A stretch of DNA of 64,000 bases, from positions 83,037-147,036 of the forward strand of contig CAIQTY010000025.1 in assembly GCA_903874955.1 (NCBI GenBank). Direction: 5' to 3'. This DNA is from an uncultured Alphaproteobacteria bacterium (GTDB lineage Bacteria > Pseudomonadota > Alphaproteobacteria > Paracaedibacterales > CAITNM01). Below are positions 24,188 to 37,041 of the stretch, piece by piece. The notes below the pieces were generated by a model. The model saw nothing but the letters and a program-made list of their open reading frames with translations. It made no database searches and was not told the DNA's origin. Each line of letters begins with the position of its first letter. The stretch's first letter is position 1. A program made the position numbers and the translations under genes.

Positions 24188-27100
24188 TTATGCCACAGAC
24201 TGTTTTTTTTCTTTATCTCTTGGCGCTGCCTGAGATAATAGATTCTTATCACGGTCTTGCGCGTTAGCCTTCATCAGACGCATAGCGCTTCCGGTTCCTG
24301 CTGGAATCAGTCGACCAACGATCACATTTTCTTTTAGACCCGCTAAGTTATCGAGTTTACCAGAAACCGCAGCTTCTGTTAGAACGCGTGTTGTTTCTTG
24401 GAACGAAGCCGCTGAAATAAACGATTTCGTATGCAAGGATGCCTTAGTAATACCTTGAAGGACGGGTTGTCCAGAGGCTGCTCGTTTACCTTCTTTGATC
24501 AACGTGTTGTTGGTTAGGTCAAAGACAACCCTGTCGATATGATCACCCACAATAAAGTTAGTATCACCCGCATCGTACACTTCTGTTTTTTGAAGCATCT
24601 GACGCACAATCACTTCGATATGTTTATCGTTAATGACGATACCTTGCAGACGATAAACTTGTTGAATTTCACTTACCAAATATACTGCCAAAGCTTCGAC
24701 ACCCATAACACGAAGAATATCATGAGGCACGGGGTTACCATCGACAAGTAAGTCACCTTTTCTGACGTAGTCACCTTCTTGAACAACCATGTGTCTGTTC
24801 CTTGGGACTAAATACTCTAAAGGTTGCAGGCTATCATTTTCTGGAACAACAACAATACGACGCTTTGCTTTGTAGTCTTTACCGAATTCGATTCTTCCAT
24901 CAAATTCGGCTATTATTGCTGCATCTTTTGGATGGCGTGCTTCAAATAGCTCTGACACTCGAGGTAGACCACCCGTAATATCGCGGGTCTTTGATGTTTC
25001 ACGAGGGATACGGGCAATGACTTCACCAGCTGGAACTTTTGCACCATTTTCAACAGAAATGATTGCATCAATAGCTAGGAAGTAACGTGCTTCTAAACCA
25101 TTTGCTAGTTTAATCGGGTTACCCTTCGCATCGCGCATGCTGATCATAGGGCGAAGTTCTGCGCTTGTACGCGTTGTTTTCGCATCAATAACGGCACGAC
25201 TTGATATACCTGTAGATTCGTCAATGACCTCTCTCATGGTCACGCCCTCTACTAAGTCCACAAAGTGAGCGATACCCTCTTTTTCAGTAATAACTGGTAT
25301 AGTGTAGGCATCCCACTCGGCAATTTTTTGACCTTGTTTGATCGCATCGCCTTCTTTAACCAAAAGCTTTGAACCATATTGGATACGATAATGAACGCGC
25401 TCGCGATTTTGATCATCGAGAACGATGACTTCACCGTTACGAGACAACACAACCGTTTGACCGCTTGCGTTATCAATCGCGTTAATGTTTTTGTATTTTA
25501 CTTTACCTGGCATTGAGCATTCTATGCTGGATTGTTCAGCACTTCGCTGCGCCGCACCACCCATGTGGAATGTACGCATCGTAAGCTGCGTTCCAGGTTC
25601 ACCAATCGATTGTGCTGCAATTACACCTACAGCCTCGCCCACGTTAACCGGTGTACCTCTCGCTAGGTCGCGTCCATAGCACTTAGCACAAATAGCTGTT
25701 TCCATTTCGCATGTTAAAACTGAGCGAATTCTTACTTCATGAATATTAGCTTCTGCTATTGCTTCCAAAGCATCTTCTAAAATCATCTCACCTGCAGCAA
25801 TGATTGGCTTATTTGTTATAGGATGTACAACATCTTCAGATGAACAACGGCCCAAAATACGGTCTGCTAGAGGCACAACTGTATTAGCACCTTCAACAAC
25901 TGAACGCATGTGAATACCCTGAGTTGTTCCACAATCATCTGCAACAATGATACAGTCCTGTGCAACGTCAACTAAACGACGCGTCAAGTACCCTGAGTTT
26001 GCTGTTTTCAATGCCGTATCGGATAGACCTTTACGAGCACCGTGGGTTGAAATGAAGTATTCAAGAACGTGCAAACCTTCTTTGAAGTTGGAAATAATAG
26101 GCGTTTCCATAATGTCACCAGAAGGCCTTGTCATCAAACCACGCATACCAGCCATCTGGCGCATCTGAGTGATTGAACCGCGGGCTTTGGAATGAATCAT
26201 CATATAAACAGCGTTAAACTGTTCGCCAGGACGATTTTTTGACATGGCTTGTAACATGGCGTCACCGACTTTATCTGTACATCTGCCCCAAGCGTCAACC
26301 ACCTTGTTATATTTTTCACTTTGTGTAATCAAACCATCTAAATACTGTTGCTCGTACTCAGCAACAGCAGATTTCGTTTGGGTAATGAGAACTTCTTTTT
26401 CTTTTGGAACAATGAGATCGTCTTTACCAAAGGATACGCCGCTCTTAGTCATATATTGGAAACCTAGCGCCATGATACGATCAACGAAAAGAACGGTTTC
26501 TTTTTGTCCACAATGGCGATAAACACTATCAACAAGTGCATTTATTTCATTTGATGTCATCACCTGGTTAATCAACTCGAATGGCATTTTGAAATGCTTT
26601 GGCAAGTAATTACCAATGAACAACCTACCTGGAGTTGTCTCAACACGTTGATAACTAACGATACCATCTTCTTGATAAACCGGAACACGTGCTTTAATTT
26701 TTGAATGAACGTGCAGGTAGCCTTGTGAGAGTGCATGTTCAACTTCAGCAATATCTGAAATGAGACTTCCTTCCCCAGGCATATCATCAGCCATAAGGCT
26801 CAGATAGTAAATTCCAAGAACAATGTCTTTTGAAGGAACAATGATCGGTTTACCGCTGGATGGACTGAGGATGTTGTTTGTTGACATCATCAACACGCGA
26901 GCTTCAAGCTGTGCTTCAAGTGATAACGGTACGTGAACAGCCATTTGGTCACCGTCAAAGTCAGCGTTAAATGCAGTGCAAACAAGTGGATGTAACTGTA
27001 TTGCTTTTCCTTCAATGAGAACTGGTTCAAAGGCTTGAATACCCAAACGGTGAAGCGTAGGCGCACGGTTCAACAATACGGGATGTTCACGAATAACGTC

Positions 27101-28345
27101 TTCCAAAACGTCCCATACTTCTGGACGCTCTTTCTCAACCATTCTTTTTGCAGCCTTAAGCGTGCTCGCAAGACCATAACGTTCAAGACGAGCGTAGATA
27201 AATGGACGGAATAATTCCAATGCCATTTTCTTAGGAAGACCACACTGGTGCAATTTGAGTTCAGGACCAACAACGATCACCGAACGACCTGAATAGTCAA
27301 CACGCTTTCCGAGAAGATTTTGACGGAAACGACCTTGCTTACCTTTAAGCATATCCGCCAAAGATTTAAGTGGACGTTTGTTTGTTCCTGTAATCGCCCT
27401 ACCACGGCGACCATTATCGAATAATGCATCAACTGATTCTTGAAGCATACGCTTTTCATTACGGATAATGATTTCAGGTGCACGAAGTTCTATAAGACGC
27501 TTCAAGCGGTTATTTCTATTGATAACCCGGCGATACAAATCGTTTAGATCGGAAGTCGCAAAACGACCACCATCTAGTGGAACTAACGGGCGTAGCTCCG
27601 GTGGAATAACCGGAATAACTTCCATAACTAGGCACTCTGGTGGAGTGTTCGATTCTAAAAATGCTTCAAGAAGCTTTAGCCTCTTTAAGATTTTTTTACG
27701 GCGAATTTCGGAAGAACTTTCTATAAGTTCTTGGCGCAACTGTTCGCTTTCCTTTTTAGGGTCGATTTTACGAAGCATTTCACGCAAAGCTTCAGCACCA
27801 ATACCTGCATTGAAAGCATCTTCTCCATATTCATCTTGGGCTTGCATGAAGTCTTCTTCAGTCAGTAGCTGACCGTATGACATTGCTGTCATACCAGGAT
27901 CAAGAACAACGTAACTTTCGAAATAGAGAATCTTCTCAAGGTCCTTTAATGCTAAATCAAGCAGCATTCCTGCACGGCTAGGAAGAGACTTTGTAAACCA
28001 AATGTGCGCAACTGGGGCAGCCAATTCGATGTGCCCCATACGGTCACGACGAACTTTGCTAAGGGTAACTTCTACGCCGCACTTTTCGCATATTACACCG
28101 CGATATTTCATGCGTTTGTATTTTCCACACAAGCATTCGTAGTCTTTTACAGGACCAAAAATACGCGCACAAAACAAGCCATCGCGTTCAGGTTTAAAAG
28201 TACGATAGTTTATTGTTTCAGGCTTTTTTACTTCTCCATAAGACCAAGAACGAATGCGTTCTGCCGTTGCAATAGTAATACGAATCGCATCAAATTCTGG
28301 AAGAACGTCCATTGCGTTGAAGCTTCGTTTAATCTCTCGGTTCAT
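24188..28345 (-). CDS. rpoC: RNA polymerase beta' subunit
   Basis: [12 protein letters not shown] catalytic motif; N-terminal Zn finger CLCGKYK...CEKC. Confidence 0.99.
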   Translation of the reverse strand: MNREIKRSFNAMDVLPEFDAIRITIATAERIRSWSYGEVKKPETINYRTFKPERDGLFCARIFGPVKDYECLCGKYKRMKYRGVICEKCGVEVTLSKVRRDRMGHIELAAPVAHIWFTKSLPSRAGMLLDLALKDLEKILYFESYVVLDPGMTAMSYGQLLTEEDFMQAQDEYGEDAFNAGIGAEALREMLRKIDPKKESEQLRQELIESSSEIRRKKILKRLKLLEAFLESNTPPECLVMEVIPVIPPELRPLVPLDGGRFATSDLNDLYRRVINRNNRLKRLIELRAPEIIIRNEKRMLQESVDALFDNGRRGRAITGTNKRPLKSLADMLKGKQGRFRQNLLGKRVDYSGRSVIVVGPELKLHQCGLPKKMALELFRPFIYARLERYGLASTLKAAKRMVEKERPEVWDVLEDVIREHPVLLNRAPTLHRLGIQAFEPVLIEGKAIQLHPLVCTAFNADFDGDQMAVHVPLSLEAQLEARVLMMSTNNILSPSSGKPIIVPSKDIVLGIYYLSLMADDMPGEGSLISDIAEVEHALSQGYLHVHSKIKARVPVYQEDGIVSYQRVETTPGRLFIGNYLPKHFKMPFELINQVMTSNEINALVDSVYRHCGQKETVLFVDRIMALGFQYMTKSGVSFGKDDLIVPKEKEVLITQTKSAVAEYEQQYLDGLITQSEKYNKVVDAWGRCTDKVGDAMLQAMSKNRPGEQFNAVYMMIHSKARGSITQMRQMAGMRGLMTRPSGDIMETPIISNFKEGLHVLEYFISTHGARKGLSDTALKTANSGYLTRRLVDVAQDCIIVADDCGTTQGIHMRSVVEGANTVVPLADRILGRCSSEDVVHPITNKPIIAAGEMILEDALEAIAEANIHEVRIRSVLTCEMETAICAKCYGRDLARGTPVNVGEAVGVIAAQSIGEPGTQLTMRTFHMGGAAQRSAEQSSIECSMPGKVKYKNINAIDNASGQTVVLSRNGEVIVLDDQNRERVHYRIQYGSKLLVKEGDAIKQGQKIAEWDAYTIPVITEKEGIAHFVDLVEGVTMREVIDESTGISSRAVIDAKTTRTSAELRPMISMRDAKGNPIKLANGLEARYFLAIDAIISVENGAKVPAGEVIARIPRETSKTRDITGGLPRVSELFEARHPKDAAIIAEFDGRIEFGKDYKAKRRIVVVPENDSLQPLEYLVPRNRHMVVQEGDYVRKGDLLVDGNPVPHDILRVMGVEALAVYLVSEIQQVYRLQGIVINDKHIEVIVRQMLQKTEVYDAGDTNFIVGDHIDRVVFDLTNNTLIKEGKRAASGQPVLQGITKASLHTKSFISAASFQETTRVLTEAAVSGKLDNLAGLKENVIVGRLIPAGTGSAMRLMKANAQDRDKNLLSQAAPRDKEKKQSVA

Positions 28346-28389
28346 GCCTTACTCCCGAATAAAATGTCAAAAATTAGAATTTATTAAAA

Positions 28390-28413
28390 GTGGGGAATTT
28401 TCAAATTCCCCAC
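28390..28413 (-). terminator. Perfect 11-bp hairpin between rpoB and rpoC
   Basis: gtggggaattt-tc-aaattccccac, followed by TTTTAAT on the minus strand. Confidence 0.55.
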
Positions 28414-28418
28414 GAAGT

Positions 28419-31400
28419 TTATTCAAACTGTTCAAATGCTACATTGAGCCCTAGTGAACGAAGTTCTTTTACCAAAACGTTAAAGGACTCTGGAATGCCT
28501 GTTTCCATGTTATCGTCACCACGGACAATAGCTTCGTAAACCTTCATACGACCAATTACGTCATCTGACTTAACAGTCAGCATTTCCTGCAATGTGTACG
28601 CAGCACCGTATGCTTCAAGTGCCCAGACTTCCATTTCACCAAAACGCTGACCACCAAATTGAGCTTTACCACCCAATGGTTGCTGCGTAACAAGACTGTA
28701 CGGACCAATTGAACGAGCGTGAATCTTATCGTCAACTAAATGGTGCAATTTAAGCATATAAATGTAACCAACAGTTACCATACGATCAAAAGGTTCACCT
28801 GTGCGTCCATCGAAAAGCTCTACCTGTCCGAAGGTTTTTTGACCGACATAGGTTAGTGCTTTATTAATTTCTTCATGGGTAGCACCATCAAACACTGGGG
28901 ATGATATTGGAACACCCTTGCGAAGATTTTCTGCCATCTCCATAAGTTGATCATCATCCAGGGCTTTAAGATCTCTTTGATCTTTCTTATCCGTGTAAAT
29001 TTCTAGCAATTTACCACGAATATCTTTAACTGCAAGCTCGTTCTCATGGTACTTCTTAATCATTTCATTGATCTGCAAGCCCATACCGGCGACAGCAGCA
29101 CCCAAGTGGGTTTCTAGAATCTGACCGACGTTCATACGCGATGGCAATCCAAGCGGATTCAAAATGATATCTACTGGTGTACCATCTTCTAAATGCGGCA
29201 TATCTTCAATTGGAACAACTTTAGATACAACACCTTTGTTACCGTGGCGACCAGCCATCTTATCGCCTGGCTGAAGTTTACGCTTCACAGCAATAAATAC
29301 TTTAACTGATTTCAAAACCCCTGGTGGAAGTTCATCACCACGACGGAGCTTTTCAACGCGATCTTCAAAAGTTGCCTGAAGTCTTGCACAGGATCCATCG
29401 AATTCAGTTTTCATGTCATCGATAGCTTCCATTATGGATGCATCAGCAACAACTATCTTTTTCCATTCAGCAGGATGAAGTCCTGCAAGCATTTCTGAAG
29501 TTATTTCAGAACCCTTTGCTATGACTTTGTTTCCTGATGAAAATTTTTGCCCGATCAAAATTTCTTTTAGTCGGTTTGAAAAGCTACGTTCTAAAATTGC
29601 TCTTTCAGCTTCACGATCTTTCGCTAGGCGATCAATTTCTTGACGTTCTAGAGCAATCGAACGCTCGTCTCTTTCAATTCCACGCCTAGAGAATATGCGC
29701 ACTTCAACGACTGTACCAGAAACTCCTGGTGGCACACGAAGCGAACTATCACGAACATCTGATGCTTTTTCACCGAATATTGCACGTAAAAGCTTTTCTT
29801 CAGGCGTAGATGGTGCTTCACCCTTAGGCGTAACTTTACCAACTAAAATGTCGCCTGGGTTAACTTCTGCACCAACATAGACTATACCAGCTTCATCTAA
29901 ATTTCGTAGACCTTCTTCGCCTACGTTTGGAATATCGCGAGTTATATCTTCATTACCGAGTTTTGTGTCGCGAGCCATCAACTCAAATTCTTCAATATGA
30001 ATAGATGTAAATACGTCATCTTGGACAATGCGCTCTGAAATAACAATTGAGTCCTCAAAGTTATAACCTTGCCACGACATAAACGAAACAAGAACATTTC
30101 GCCCTAGCGCCAATTCACCAAGCTCCGTTGCCGGACCATCGGCGATAATGTCACCACGCCTTACAATGTCACCCTTTTTAACAAGAGGACGTTGATTAAT
30201 ACACGTACTCATGTTGGAGCGTTGGAATTTCAACAAGTTAAAAATATCAACACCGGATTTATTATCGCTGTCCTTTTCAGTAACCCTAATAACAATTCGT
30301 TTTCCGTCGACTTGATCAACAACACCATCACGTTTTGCCGTAATGACTGCGCCGGAATCCTTTGCGACGATTGCTTCCATACCTGTTCCAACTAGTGGAG
30401 CTTCCGCTCTTAAAAGAGGTACAGCCTGACGTTGCATGTTCGAACCCATAAGCGCTCGGTTCGCATCGTCGTTTTCGAGGAAAGGAATCAAAGAAGCAGC
30501 AACTGACACAAGCTGCTTTGGAGAAACGTCAATGTAGTCAACATTTGTGCGCGGAAAAATACCTGTATCACCCGCTTTTCTGCATGTTACAAATTCTTCA
30601 ACGATATTTCCTTCTTCATCAATTTCAACACTTGCCTGGCCAATAATGTATCGACTTTCTTCAAGTGCATTCATGTAGACAACTTCATCCGTAACCGAAC
30701 CGTTTTGAATTTTTCGGTACGGACTCTCGATGAAACCGTATTTGTTTACACGAGCATAAGTTGCCAATGAGTTAATCAATCCAATGTTTTGACCTTCCGG
30801 CGTTTCAATTGGGCAAATACGCCCATAATGGGTTGGGTGAACGTCGCGCACTTCAAAGCTTGCACGGTCACGTGATAAACCACCAGGCCCAAGAGCTGAT
30901 AGACGGCGTTTATGGGTGATTTCTGAAAGTGGATTCGTTTGGTCCATAAACTGAGAAAGCTGCGATGAACCAAAAAATTCACGAATTGCAGCAGCAACTG
31001 GCTTGGCATTTACTAAGTCATTTGGCATGACTGTATCAATGTCAACTGAACCCATTCGCTCACGGATTGAACGCTCCATGCGAACCAAACCTACTCGGAA
31101 TTGGTTTTCCAATAATTCACCAACAGAGCGAACACGTCTATTTGCAAGGTTGTCAATATCGTCAATTTCACCTTTTCCGTCACGTAAGTCTAGAAGGGTG
31201 CGAACCATTGCAACGATATCGTCTTTTTGAAGAACCCGAACTTCGTCAGAAGTATCAAGACCCAGACGTGCATTCATTTTTACACGGCCAACAGCTGACA
31301 GGTCATATCTCTCTGCATCGAAGAAAAGTGCTCTAAATAGCGCTTCTCCACCTTCAACGGTTGGTGGCTCACCTGGACGCAATGCACGATAAATATCCAT

Positions 31401-32588
31401 CAATGCTTCGTCGCGATTTTGGTTTTTATCAGCCTGCAACGTGTTAAGTAAATAAGCACCAATATTTACATTATCAATATTCAAAAGATCAAATGATTTG
31501 ACTTTTTGTTCATTTAAAATTTCAATATTGTCAGCAGAAAGTGAGTCGCCCGCTTCGATATACACTTCACCGGTTTGATCGTTGATGTAATCATTAGCGA
31601 TAAAACTGCCATGAAGCGCTTCTTCTTCAAAAGCTATCTTTGAAAGACCTTCAGTTTCATATTTCTTAGCTAATCTTGGCGTAATTTTTGTTCCTGCAGG
31701 AACCGCAACTTCACCTGTATCAGCATTTACAAGGTCGAACGTTAATTTAACGCCTTTCCAGCGATCAGCAACATAATCTGTTACCCAATGCTTTTTATTT
31801 TTGGTGTAAGTAACTCTTTCATAAAATGTATGAAGAATTTCCTCGCGAGACATTCCCATTAAATCTTTTGGATCAAGATCCTTTTTATCTTTTTTAGCTT
31901 TTTCTTTTGATTTTACTGTGTATTCACTATCAAGAGCCATTAACAATGTTGTAACTGGAAGTTTACGTCTACGATCGACGCGAACACACATGTGATCTTT
32001 TGGATCAAATTCAAAGTCAAGCCAAGAACCACGATACGGAACTATTCTTCCTGCATATAGAATTTTTCCAGATGCATGGGTTTTTCCTTTATCATGGTCA
32101 AAAAACACACCAGGGCTTCTGTGCATTTGAGAGACAATAACACGCTCAATACCGTTAACGATAAAGGTACCTCTATCGGTCATTAGTGGTGTATCGCCAA
32201 TATAAACATCTTGTTCTTTTATGTCACGAATTGAACGAGAGCCTGAATCACCATCAACATCCCAAACAACAAGACGGAATGTTACCTTAAGTGGAGCAGC
32301 AAAGGTCAGACCTCTTGTGCGACATTCTTCTTCATCAAATTTCGGCTTTTCAAAATCATAGTGAAAAAATTCGAGATGCGCCTTTCCGGAATAATCCTTA
32401 ATTGGAAAGATAGAATTAAAAACTTCCAAAAGGCCAGTATTGTGGCGCTTTTCATGTTTTACATTAAGCTGCAAGAATGCCTCATAGGAATTCTTTTGCA
32501 AAGCTATTAAATTTGGAAGTGGCGCAACCTCTTGGATACGACCAAAATTTTTGCGAAATCGCTTACGACCAGTAAATGAGCGAACCAT
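28419..32588 (-). CDS. rpoB: RNA polymerase beta subunit
   Basis: [30 protein letters not shown] and [17 protein letters not shown] motifs. Start set at ATG 32588 behind a GGAG RBS. Confidence 0.99.
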   Translation of the reverse strand: MVRSFTGRKRFRKNFGRIQEVAPLPNLIALQKNSYEAFLQLNVKHEKRHNTGLLEVFNSIFPIKDYSGKAHLEFFHYDFEKPKFDEEECRTRGLTFAAPLKVTFRLVVWDVDGDSGSRSIRDIKEQDVYIGDTPLMTDRGTFIVNGIERVIVSQMHRSPGVFFDHDKGKTHASGKILYAGRIVPYRGSWLDFEFDPKDHMCVRVDRRRKLPVTTLLMALDSEYTVKSKEKAKKDKKDLDPKDLMGMSREEILHTFYERVTYTKNKKHWVTDYVADRWKGVKLTFDLVNADTGEVAVPAGTKITPRLAKKYETEGLSKIAFEEEALHGSFIANDYINDQTGEVYIEAGDSLSADNIEILNEQKVKSFDLLNIDNVNIGAYLLNTLQADKNQNRDEALMDIYRALRPGEPPTVEGGEALFRALFFDAERYDLSAVGRVKMNARLGLDTSDEVRVLQKDDIVAMVRTLLDLRDGKGEIDDIDNLANRRVRSVGELLENQFRVGLVRMERSIRERMGSVDIDTVMPNDLVNAKPVAAAIREFFGSSQLSQFMDQTNPLSEITHKRRLSALGPGGLSRDRASFEVRDVHPTHYGRICPIETPEGQNIGLINSLATYARVNKYGFIESPYRKIQNGSVTDEVVYMNALEESRYIIGQASVEIDEEGNIVEEFVTCRKAGDTGIFPRTNVDYIDVSPKQLVSVAASLIPFLENDDANRALMGSNMQRQAVPLLRAEAPLVGTGMEAIVAKDSGAVITAKRDGVVDQVDGKRIVIRVTEKDSDNKSGVDIFNLLKFQRSNMSTCINQRPLVKKGDIVRRGDIIADGPATELGELALGRNVLVSFMSWQGYNFEDSIVISERIVQDDVFTSIHIEEFELMARDTKLGNEDITRDIPNVGEEGLRNLDEAGIVYVGAEVNPGDILVGKVTPKGEAPSTPEEKLLRAIFGEKASDVRDSSLRVPPGVSGTVVEVRIFSRRGIERDERSIALERQEIDRLAKDREAERAILERSFSNRLKEILIGQKFSSGNKVIAKGSEITSEMLAGLHPAEWKKIVVADASIMEAIDDMKTEFDGSCARLQATFEDRVEKLRRGDELPPGVLKSVKVFIAVKRKLQPGDKMAGRHGNKGVVSKVVPIEDMPHLEDGTPVDIILNPLGLPSRMNVGQILETHLGAAVAGMGLQINEMIKKYHENELAVKDIRGKLLEIYTDKKDQRDLKALDDDQLMEMAENLRKGVPISSPVFDGATHEEINKALTYVGQKTFGQVELFDGRTGEPFDRMVTVGYIYMLKLHHLVDDKIHARSIGPYSLVTQQPLGGKAQFGGQRFGEMEVWALEAYGAAYTLQEMLTVKSDDVIGRMKVYEAIVRGDDNMETGIPESFNVLVKELRSLGLNVAFEQFE

Positions 32589-32743
32589 GCACAAAACTCC
32601 TACACGATGAAACGGGTGCTAAAAATACAGACACAAGTATTTTCTTTATATAAATCGTTAGAAAACAATATAGAACTCATGTCTAACACAAATAATTAGT
32701 TTTAAATAAAATTTATCTAATTGCTAGTCACTAACACTAGCGG

Positions 32744-32788
32744 AAAAAAATACGCTCAGCAAGCTTCTTCATAAAAACTGCTGAGCGT
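32744..32788 (-). terminator. Intrinsic terminator/attenuator after rplL
   Basis: acgctcagca...tgctgagcgt stem followed by a T7 tract on the minus strand. Confidence 0.75.
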
Positions 32789-32793
32789 CAAGA

Positions 32794-33165
32794 TTATTTT
32801 ACAGAAACTTTAGCACCAGCATCTTCTAGCTGCTTCTTAATTTTTTCTGCTTCGTCTTTAGATACAGCTTGTTTAACTGGCTTTGGCGCACCTTCAACAA
32901 GATCCTTAGCTTCTTTCAAGCCAAGACCTGTTATTGCACGAACTTCCTTAATTGCATTAATTTTGTTCGCACCACCATCTTCTAGGATGACGTCAAATTC
33001 AGTTTTAACTTCTGCTGCTTCTGCATTAGCAGCCGCTGGAGCAGCAACTGCAACTGCTGCAGCTGCGCTTACGCCCCAAGTTTCTTCTAGTAATTTTGAA
33101 AGCTCTGCAGCTTCCAAAACTGTCAACGCTGATAGTTCGTCAACGATTTTTTGTAATTTAGCCAT
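32794..33165 (-). CDS. rplL: 50S ribosomal protein L7/L12
   Basis: [17 protein letters not shown] and [12 protein letters not shown] motifs. Confidence 0.99.
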   Translation of the reverse strand: MAKLQKIVDELSALTVLEAAELSKLLEETWGVSAAAAVAVAAPAAANAEAAEVKTEFDVILEDGGANKINAIKEVRAITGLGLKEAKDLVEGAPKPVKQAVSKDEAEKIKKQLEDAGAKVSVK

Positions 33166-33196
33166 TTTTCTTCTCCTTAAATTGTCTCGCTATTGA

Positions 33197-33703
33197 TTAA
33201 CCGTTAGATTTAGCTGCAATAACCCTTGCAACCCTAGCACCAGGCTCTTGAAGCAATGTTGCTAATTTTGTAGCAGGGGCACTGATAACAGCAATAAGTT
33301 TACTGCGCAATTCATCAAGAGATGGCAGCGTAGCCAATGCTTTTACTTCAGCTTGTTTTAGAACTTTACCGTCTAGACATGCTCCTACAACTTGGATTTT
33401 GTCATTTTTATTTGCAAACGTGACAAGCGCCTTAGCTGCAGCAACTGGATCTACAGAATATGCCAACGCTGTTGGCCCATTCAATAGGTCCGTTAAACCT
33501 TCAAGTTTAGTTCCCTTAACGGCTATCTGAGCGAGGGTGTTTTTTAAAACCTTAAATTCCGCATTTGCAGCGCGCATATCACGTCGCAGCTTTGTCACCT
33601 CATCAACAGTTAAACCTGATTGACGAGCAACAACTACTAGAGAAGATGCCTCTAGACGCTGGCGCATATCCGCAACCAATGCTTCTTTTTGCATACGGTC
33701 CAT
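33197..33703 (-). CDS. rplJ: 50S ribosomal protein L10
   Basis: KVLKNTLA, GPTALA and LATLPSLDELR motifs. Confidence 0.98.
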   Translation of the reverse strand: MDRMQKEALVADMRQRLEASSLVVVARQSGLTVDEVTKLRRDMRAANAEFKVLKNTLAQIAVKGTKLEGLTDLLNGPTALAYSVDPVAAAKALVTFANKNDKIQVVGACLDGKVLKQAEVKALATLPSLDELRSKLIAVISAPATKLATLLQEPGARVARVIAAKSNG

Positions 33704-33734
33704 GTTTATACTCCTTCACTCGTTACTTTAATTG

Positions 33735-33830
33735 AAACAGAAAGGGAAGAGCCAATTGCGCAACCCATTCTGTCTATGTGGGCAGTTCTCACTATTAAAC
33801 GTTACCGAACCCACAGTCTTGGACAGGATA
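33735..33830 (-). promoter_or_regulatory. L10 leader (ribosomal protein autoregulatory RNA)
   Basis: Minus strand CCAAGACTGTGGG...TTTAAT...CCCACATAGAC in the rplJ 5' UTR, matching the L10-leader pattern. Confidence 0.75.
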
Positions 33831-33872
33831 GGCTCCTGTTCCTATTCCATAGGTTTCCCTATGAAAATTTCT

Positions 33873-34550
33873 TTATTCAACCGAAAATTGCAGGCCAGGA
33901 CCCATGGTTGAAGTCAAACTCAACTTTTTAATGTATGTTCCTTTAACGCCTGCTGGCCTAGCTTTTTGAATAACATCAAGCAATGCTTTAACGTTTTCTT
34001 CCAGAGCTGCTTCTGAAAAACTAGCCTTACCAACACGAGAATGAATTACACCAGCTTTTTCTGTACGGTATTCAACTTGACCGCCTTTAATTGCAGAAAG
34101 AGCAGCAGTAACATCCATAGTCACGGTTCCAAGCTTAGGGTTTGGCATAAGACCACGAGGACCTAAAATTTTAGCAACCTTACCAACAAGTCCCATCATA
34201 TCAGGGGTGGCAACACATTTATCGAAATTGATTTCACCTTTTAAAATTGCATCAACAATTTCTTCCGCACCAACAAGATCAGCACCGGCTTTTTTTGCTT
34301 CTTCTGCTTTAGGACCACGTGCGAAAACCGCAACCTTATAAACCTTACCAGTACCATGAGGCAAACTTAATACACCACGGATATTTTGTTCGGCTTTTTT
34401 CGCGTCCACATTCAGATTTATAGCAATCTCAACTGTTTCATCAAACTTTGCAGTAGCATTCGTTTTTACAAGCTTAACAGCTTCGTTCAGCGAATAAACT
34501 TTCTTACTATCGATGGATTTATGAGCATTTTTTAAGCGTTTACCTAACAT
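33873..34550 (-). CDS. rplA: 50S ribosomal protein L1
   Basis: KFDETVE, LPHGTGK, LGPRGLMPNPKLGTVT and STMGPG motifs. Confidence 0.99.
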   Translation of the reverse strand: MLGKRLKNAHKSIDSKKVYSLNEAVKLVKTNATAKFDETVEIAINLNVDAKKAEQNIRGVLSLPHGTGKVYKVAVFARGPKAEEAKKAGADLVGAEEIVDAILKGEINFDKCVATPDMMGLVGKVAKILGPRGLMPNPKLGTVTMDVTAALSAIKGGQVEYRTEKAGVIHSRVGKASFSEAALEENVKALLDVIQKARPAGVKGTYIKKLSLTSTMGPGLQFSVE

Positions 34551-34553
34551 AAC

Positions 34554-34985
34554 TTATGCCTCCACTACTTCTAAGCCCATTGAACGAGCAGAACCGACAA
34601 GCATTTGGCATGCTGAATCTAAGTCATGAGCGTTAAGGTCTTTCATTTTTATTTCTGCAATTTCTCGAATTTGAGCCATTGTGACTTTGCCGACGATTTC
34701 ACGGCCAGGGGTCTTCGTACCTTTTTGAAGGCCAGCAGCTTTCTTTAAGAAAAATGTATTCGGTGGGGTTTTTGTTACGAATGAAAATGTGCGATCCGCA
34801 AAAACTGTAATAACTACAGGCAATGGCGTTCCAGGCTCAACACCTTGAGTTTGCGCATTAAACGCCTTACAAAATTCCATGATATTCAATCCACGCTGAC
34901 CTAAAGCAGGCCCGATTGGTGGAGATGGGTTAGCTTTTCCAGCGGGCACCTGGAGTTTAATATAGCCCGTTATTTTTTTTGCCAT
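34554..34985 (-). CDS. rplK: 50S ribosomal protein L11
   Basis: [23 protein letters not shown] and GSARSMG motifs. Confidence 0.99.
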   Translation of the reverse strand: MAKKITGYIKLQVPAGKANPSPPIGPALGQRGLNIMEFCKAFNAQTQGVEPGTPLPVVITVFADRTFSFVTKTPPNTFFLKKAAGLQKGTKTPGREIVGKVTMAQIREIAEIKMKDLNAHDLDSACQMLVGSARSMGLEVVEA

Positions 34986-35007
34986 GTTCCCTCACTATAC
35001 TGTTGAG

Positions 35008-35036
35008 CTGTGGTCCGGCTTGGCAACCTTCCACAG
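35008..35036 (-). promoter_or_regulatory. L1-binding leader hairpin upstream of rplK
   Basis: Minus strand CTGTGGAAGG-TTGCCAAG-CCGGACCACAG resembles the GUGGGAG...GACCAC L1 site. Confidence 0.6.
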
Positions 35037-35205
35037 ATTTGGCTCTAAGCAGTTCATACAAAACTGTGAGCATAAATTTAATTAGAGTTCTTGTATAGCA
35101 CAAGCTCCAACGACTTTTCAATAGCTTAATGTCAGCGTTTTATTTTAGACTTAGTCTAATGGTCATAGTTTTCTAAAAACTCCCGTTAGGATTAATTTTT
35201 AGAAC

Positions 35206-35742
35206 CTATTGTTTTTCAACCTGACCAAACTCCAATTCTACAGGTGTTGGCCTTCCAAAGATCATAACTGAAACTTTTAGACGCCCCTTATCTTGATCAA
35301 CCTCTTCCACAAAACCGCTAAAGGAGGTGAAAGGCCCATCAGAAACACGAACCTGCTCTCCTACCTCATAAACCACGTTATGTTTTGGTTTCTCGATAGA
35401 ATCCTGAACTTGCTGCATAATGCGTTTAACTTCAGTTTCACCGATTGGACTGGGCTTACCTTTTGTACCAAGAAAACTAGAAACTCTTGGAATATCACGC
35501 ACCAAATGCCACGTTCTGTCGTTCAGCACCATTTTAACAAGAACATAACCAGGAAAAAAATTTTTCTCAGCATTGACTTTTTTGTTTCCCTTGCGGATTT
35601 CCACTACTTCTTCTGAGGGAACAAGAACTTGCTCGAACATTTCTGTGAGCGAATGCTTTTCTGCTTGCTCATTAATGAGTTGAGCAACCTTTTTTTCAAA
35701 ACCGGAGTATACGTTTACAACGTACCACTTAGCAATTGACAT
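35206..35742 (-). CDS. nusG: Transcription termination/antitermination factor NusG
   Basis: [25 protein letters not shown] motif GPF..F.G and [10 protein letters not shown]. Confidence 0.98.
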   Translation of the reverse strand: MSIAKWYVVNVYSGFEKKVAQLINEQAEKHSLTEMFEQVLVPSEEVVEIRKGNKKVNAEKNFFPGYVLVKMVLNDRTWHLVRDIPRVSSFLGTKGKPSPIGETEVKRIMQQVQDSIEKPKHNVVYEVGEQVRVSDGPFTSFSGFVEEVDQDKGRLKVSVMIFGRPTPVELEFGQVEKQ

Positions 35743-35746
35743 AATT

Positions 35747-35956
35747 TTATCCAATAATTAAATGTAATATGCGGTAAATAACTTGATCCACAACCATAAA
35801 ATAGGCCGCTGCGATGATCGCAAAGATGAACACAACAAGCGTTGTTACCCTTGTTTCTTTTCCTGTAGGCCAAGTAACCTTACGCATTTCTTGACGTACC
35901 TGAGCGAAAAATTCAGGAATTTTCTTTGTGAGTGGAATTTTTGTTTGATCGGTCAT
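35747..35956 (-). CDS. secE: Preprotein translocase subunit SecE
   Basis: [16 protein letters not shown] motif and a single TM; lies between tRNA-Trp and nusG. Confidence 0.95.
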   Translation of the reverse strand: MTDQTKIPLTKKIPEFFAQVRQEMRKVTWPTGKETRVTTLVVFIFAIIAAAYFMVVDQVIYRILHLIIG

Positions 35957-36058
35957 AAAACGCTTCCTTGAAACGGCGACAAAATGCACTATCTGGCTTA
36001 AACAAGCCCATCTGCAATTTGTATAAGATTGGAACTAAATTGTCCATAAAAAAGTACA

Positions 36059-36135
36059 TGGCAGGAGAGGAGGGGCTCGAACCCACAACCTTCGGTTTTG
36101 GAGACCGACGCTCTAGCCAATTGAGCTACACTCCT
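36059..36135 (-). tRNA. trnW: tRNA-Trp (CCA)
   Basis: AGGAGTGTAGCTCAATTGGCTAGAGCGTCGGTCTCCAAAACCGAAGGTTGTGGGTTCGAGCCCCTCCTCTCCTGCCA; anticodon CCA and encoded 3' CCA. Confidence 0.97.
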
Positions 36136-36633
36136 AAAAGTTACTTTTGCAACCAATTTTGTTTTAAATTATACCTCAGCGATTGTCCAGAAAAATATCG
36201 TAAGGTTTTTAAATCATGCACTTATTAAATTTAGTTATAAGGGTTGGCTTTAAATGAGATATGAAAAACAAGCCCCAAAAAAGCCATCGAAATATACTGC
36301 ACAAGATAACCTCTTGCAAGATTTTCTGAAGCACAAATAATGTTGTATCTGATGATAGCATTATTAAAATTGCCAATAGTTTTGGTTAAACGACGCGATT
36401 GAGGAGCGCTTATGTGATTTTTTTGAAATGTTTTTTTATCCATAAAAATGCAGCTCTGGTTTATTGCTATGAAAGTAGTAATAGTGATTTTTTTTGAACT
36501 TTCAAGGACGGAAGATTTAATAGAGCTAGAGAGATGATATCCCCGTGGCCTAAGGCTAATTTGTGCCGACCAAGAAATTCTTGCGCAACATAGGAATTTA
36601 GCTTAATATCCTTAGTAATTGTCAGGAGGATTT

Positions 36634-36996
36634 ATGGCGCGCGTTACTGTAGAAGATTGTATAGAAAAAGTTCCTAATAGATTTAAATTAGTTGCTTACG
36701 CTGCAAAACGGGCAAGAGAAATCTCTGCTGGAGCTAGCATAACAGTTGCCAGAGACAATGATAAAAATCCAGTTGTTGCTTTGAGAGAAATCGCTGAAGA
36801 CAATCTCAACCTTAAAAACGTTGAAGAGAGCATTATCAAAGGATTGCAAAGAGCGGTTCTTACCGATGACTTAGACGTTGAAATTGATGAAGATCTTTTA
36901 GAAGTCATGCAAGATGCGAGTCAGTGGCATAAAGATGAACCAACACCAAAATTTAAAGACATTGAAGATCTAGAAGACGAAGCTCTAGAAGATTAA
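36634..36996 (+). CDS. rpoZ: RNA polymerase omega subunit
   Basis: [20 protein letters not shown] and [14 protein letters not shown] motifs; RBS AGGAGG; acidic tail typical of alphaproteobacteria. Confidence 0.98.
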   Translation: MARVTVEDCIEKVPNRFKLVAYAAKRAREISAGASITVARDNDKNPVVALREIAEDNLNLKNVEESIIKGLQRAVLTDDLDVEIDEDLLEVMQDASQWHKDEPTPKFKDIEDLEDEALED

Positions 36997-37041
36997 CGTA
37001 AAACTCGCTAAAGTTTATAAGAGGTCTTTTGGAAACTTTTT

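Noticed and set aside
24539-33196. Many 60-135 aa ORFs inside rpoC, rpoB and rplL (also inside typA, secA, spoT and the MCP)
   Set aside because: They overlap conserved genes and carry no motifs; typical shadow ORFs.
36059-36135. tRNA-Trp as an island integration site
   Set aside because: No integrase or duplicated tRNA 3' end seen in the window.
36231-36443. 70-aa ORF upstream of tRNA-Trp
   Set aside because: No RBS or motif; cannot be distinguished from a chance ORF.
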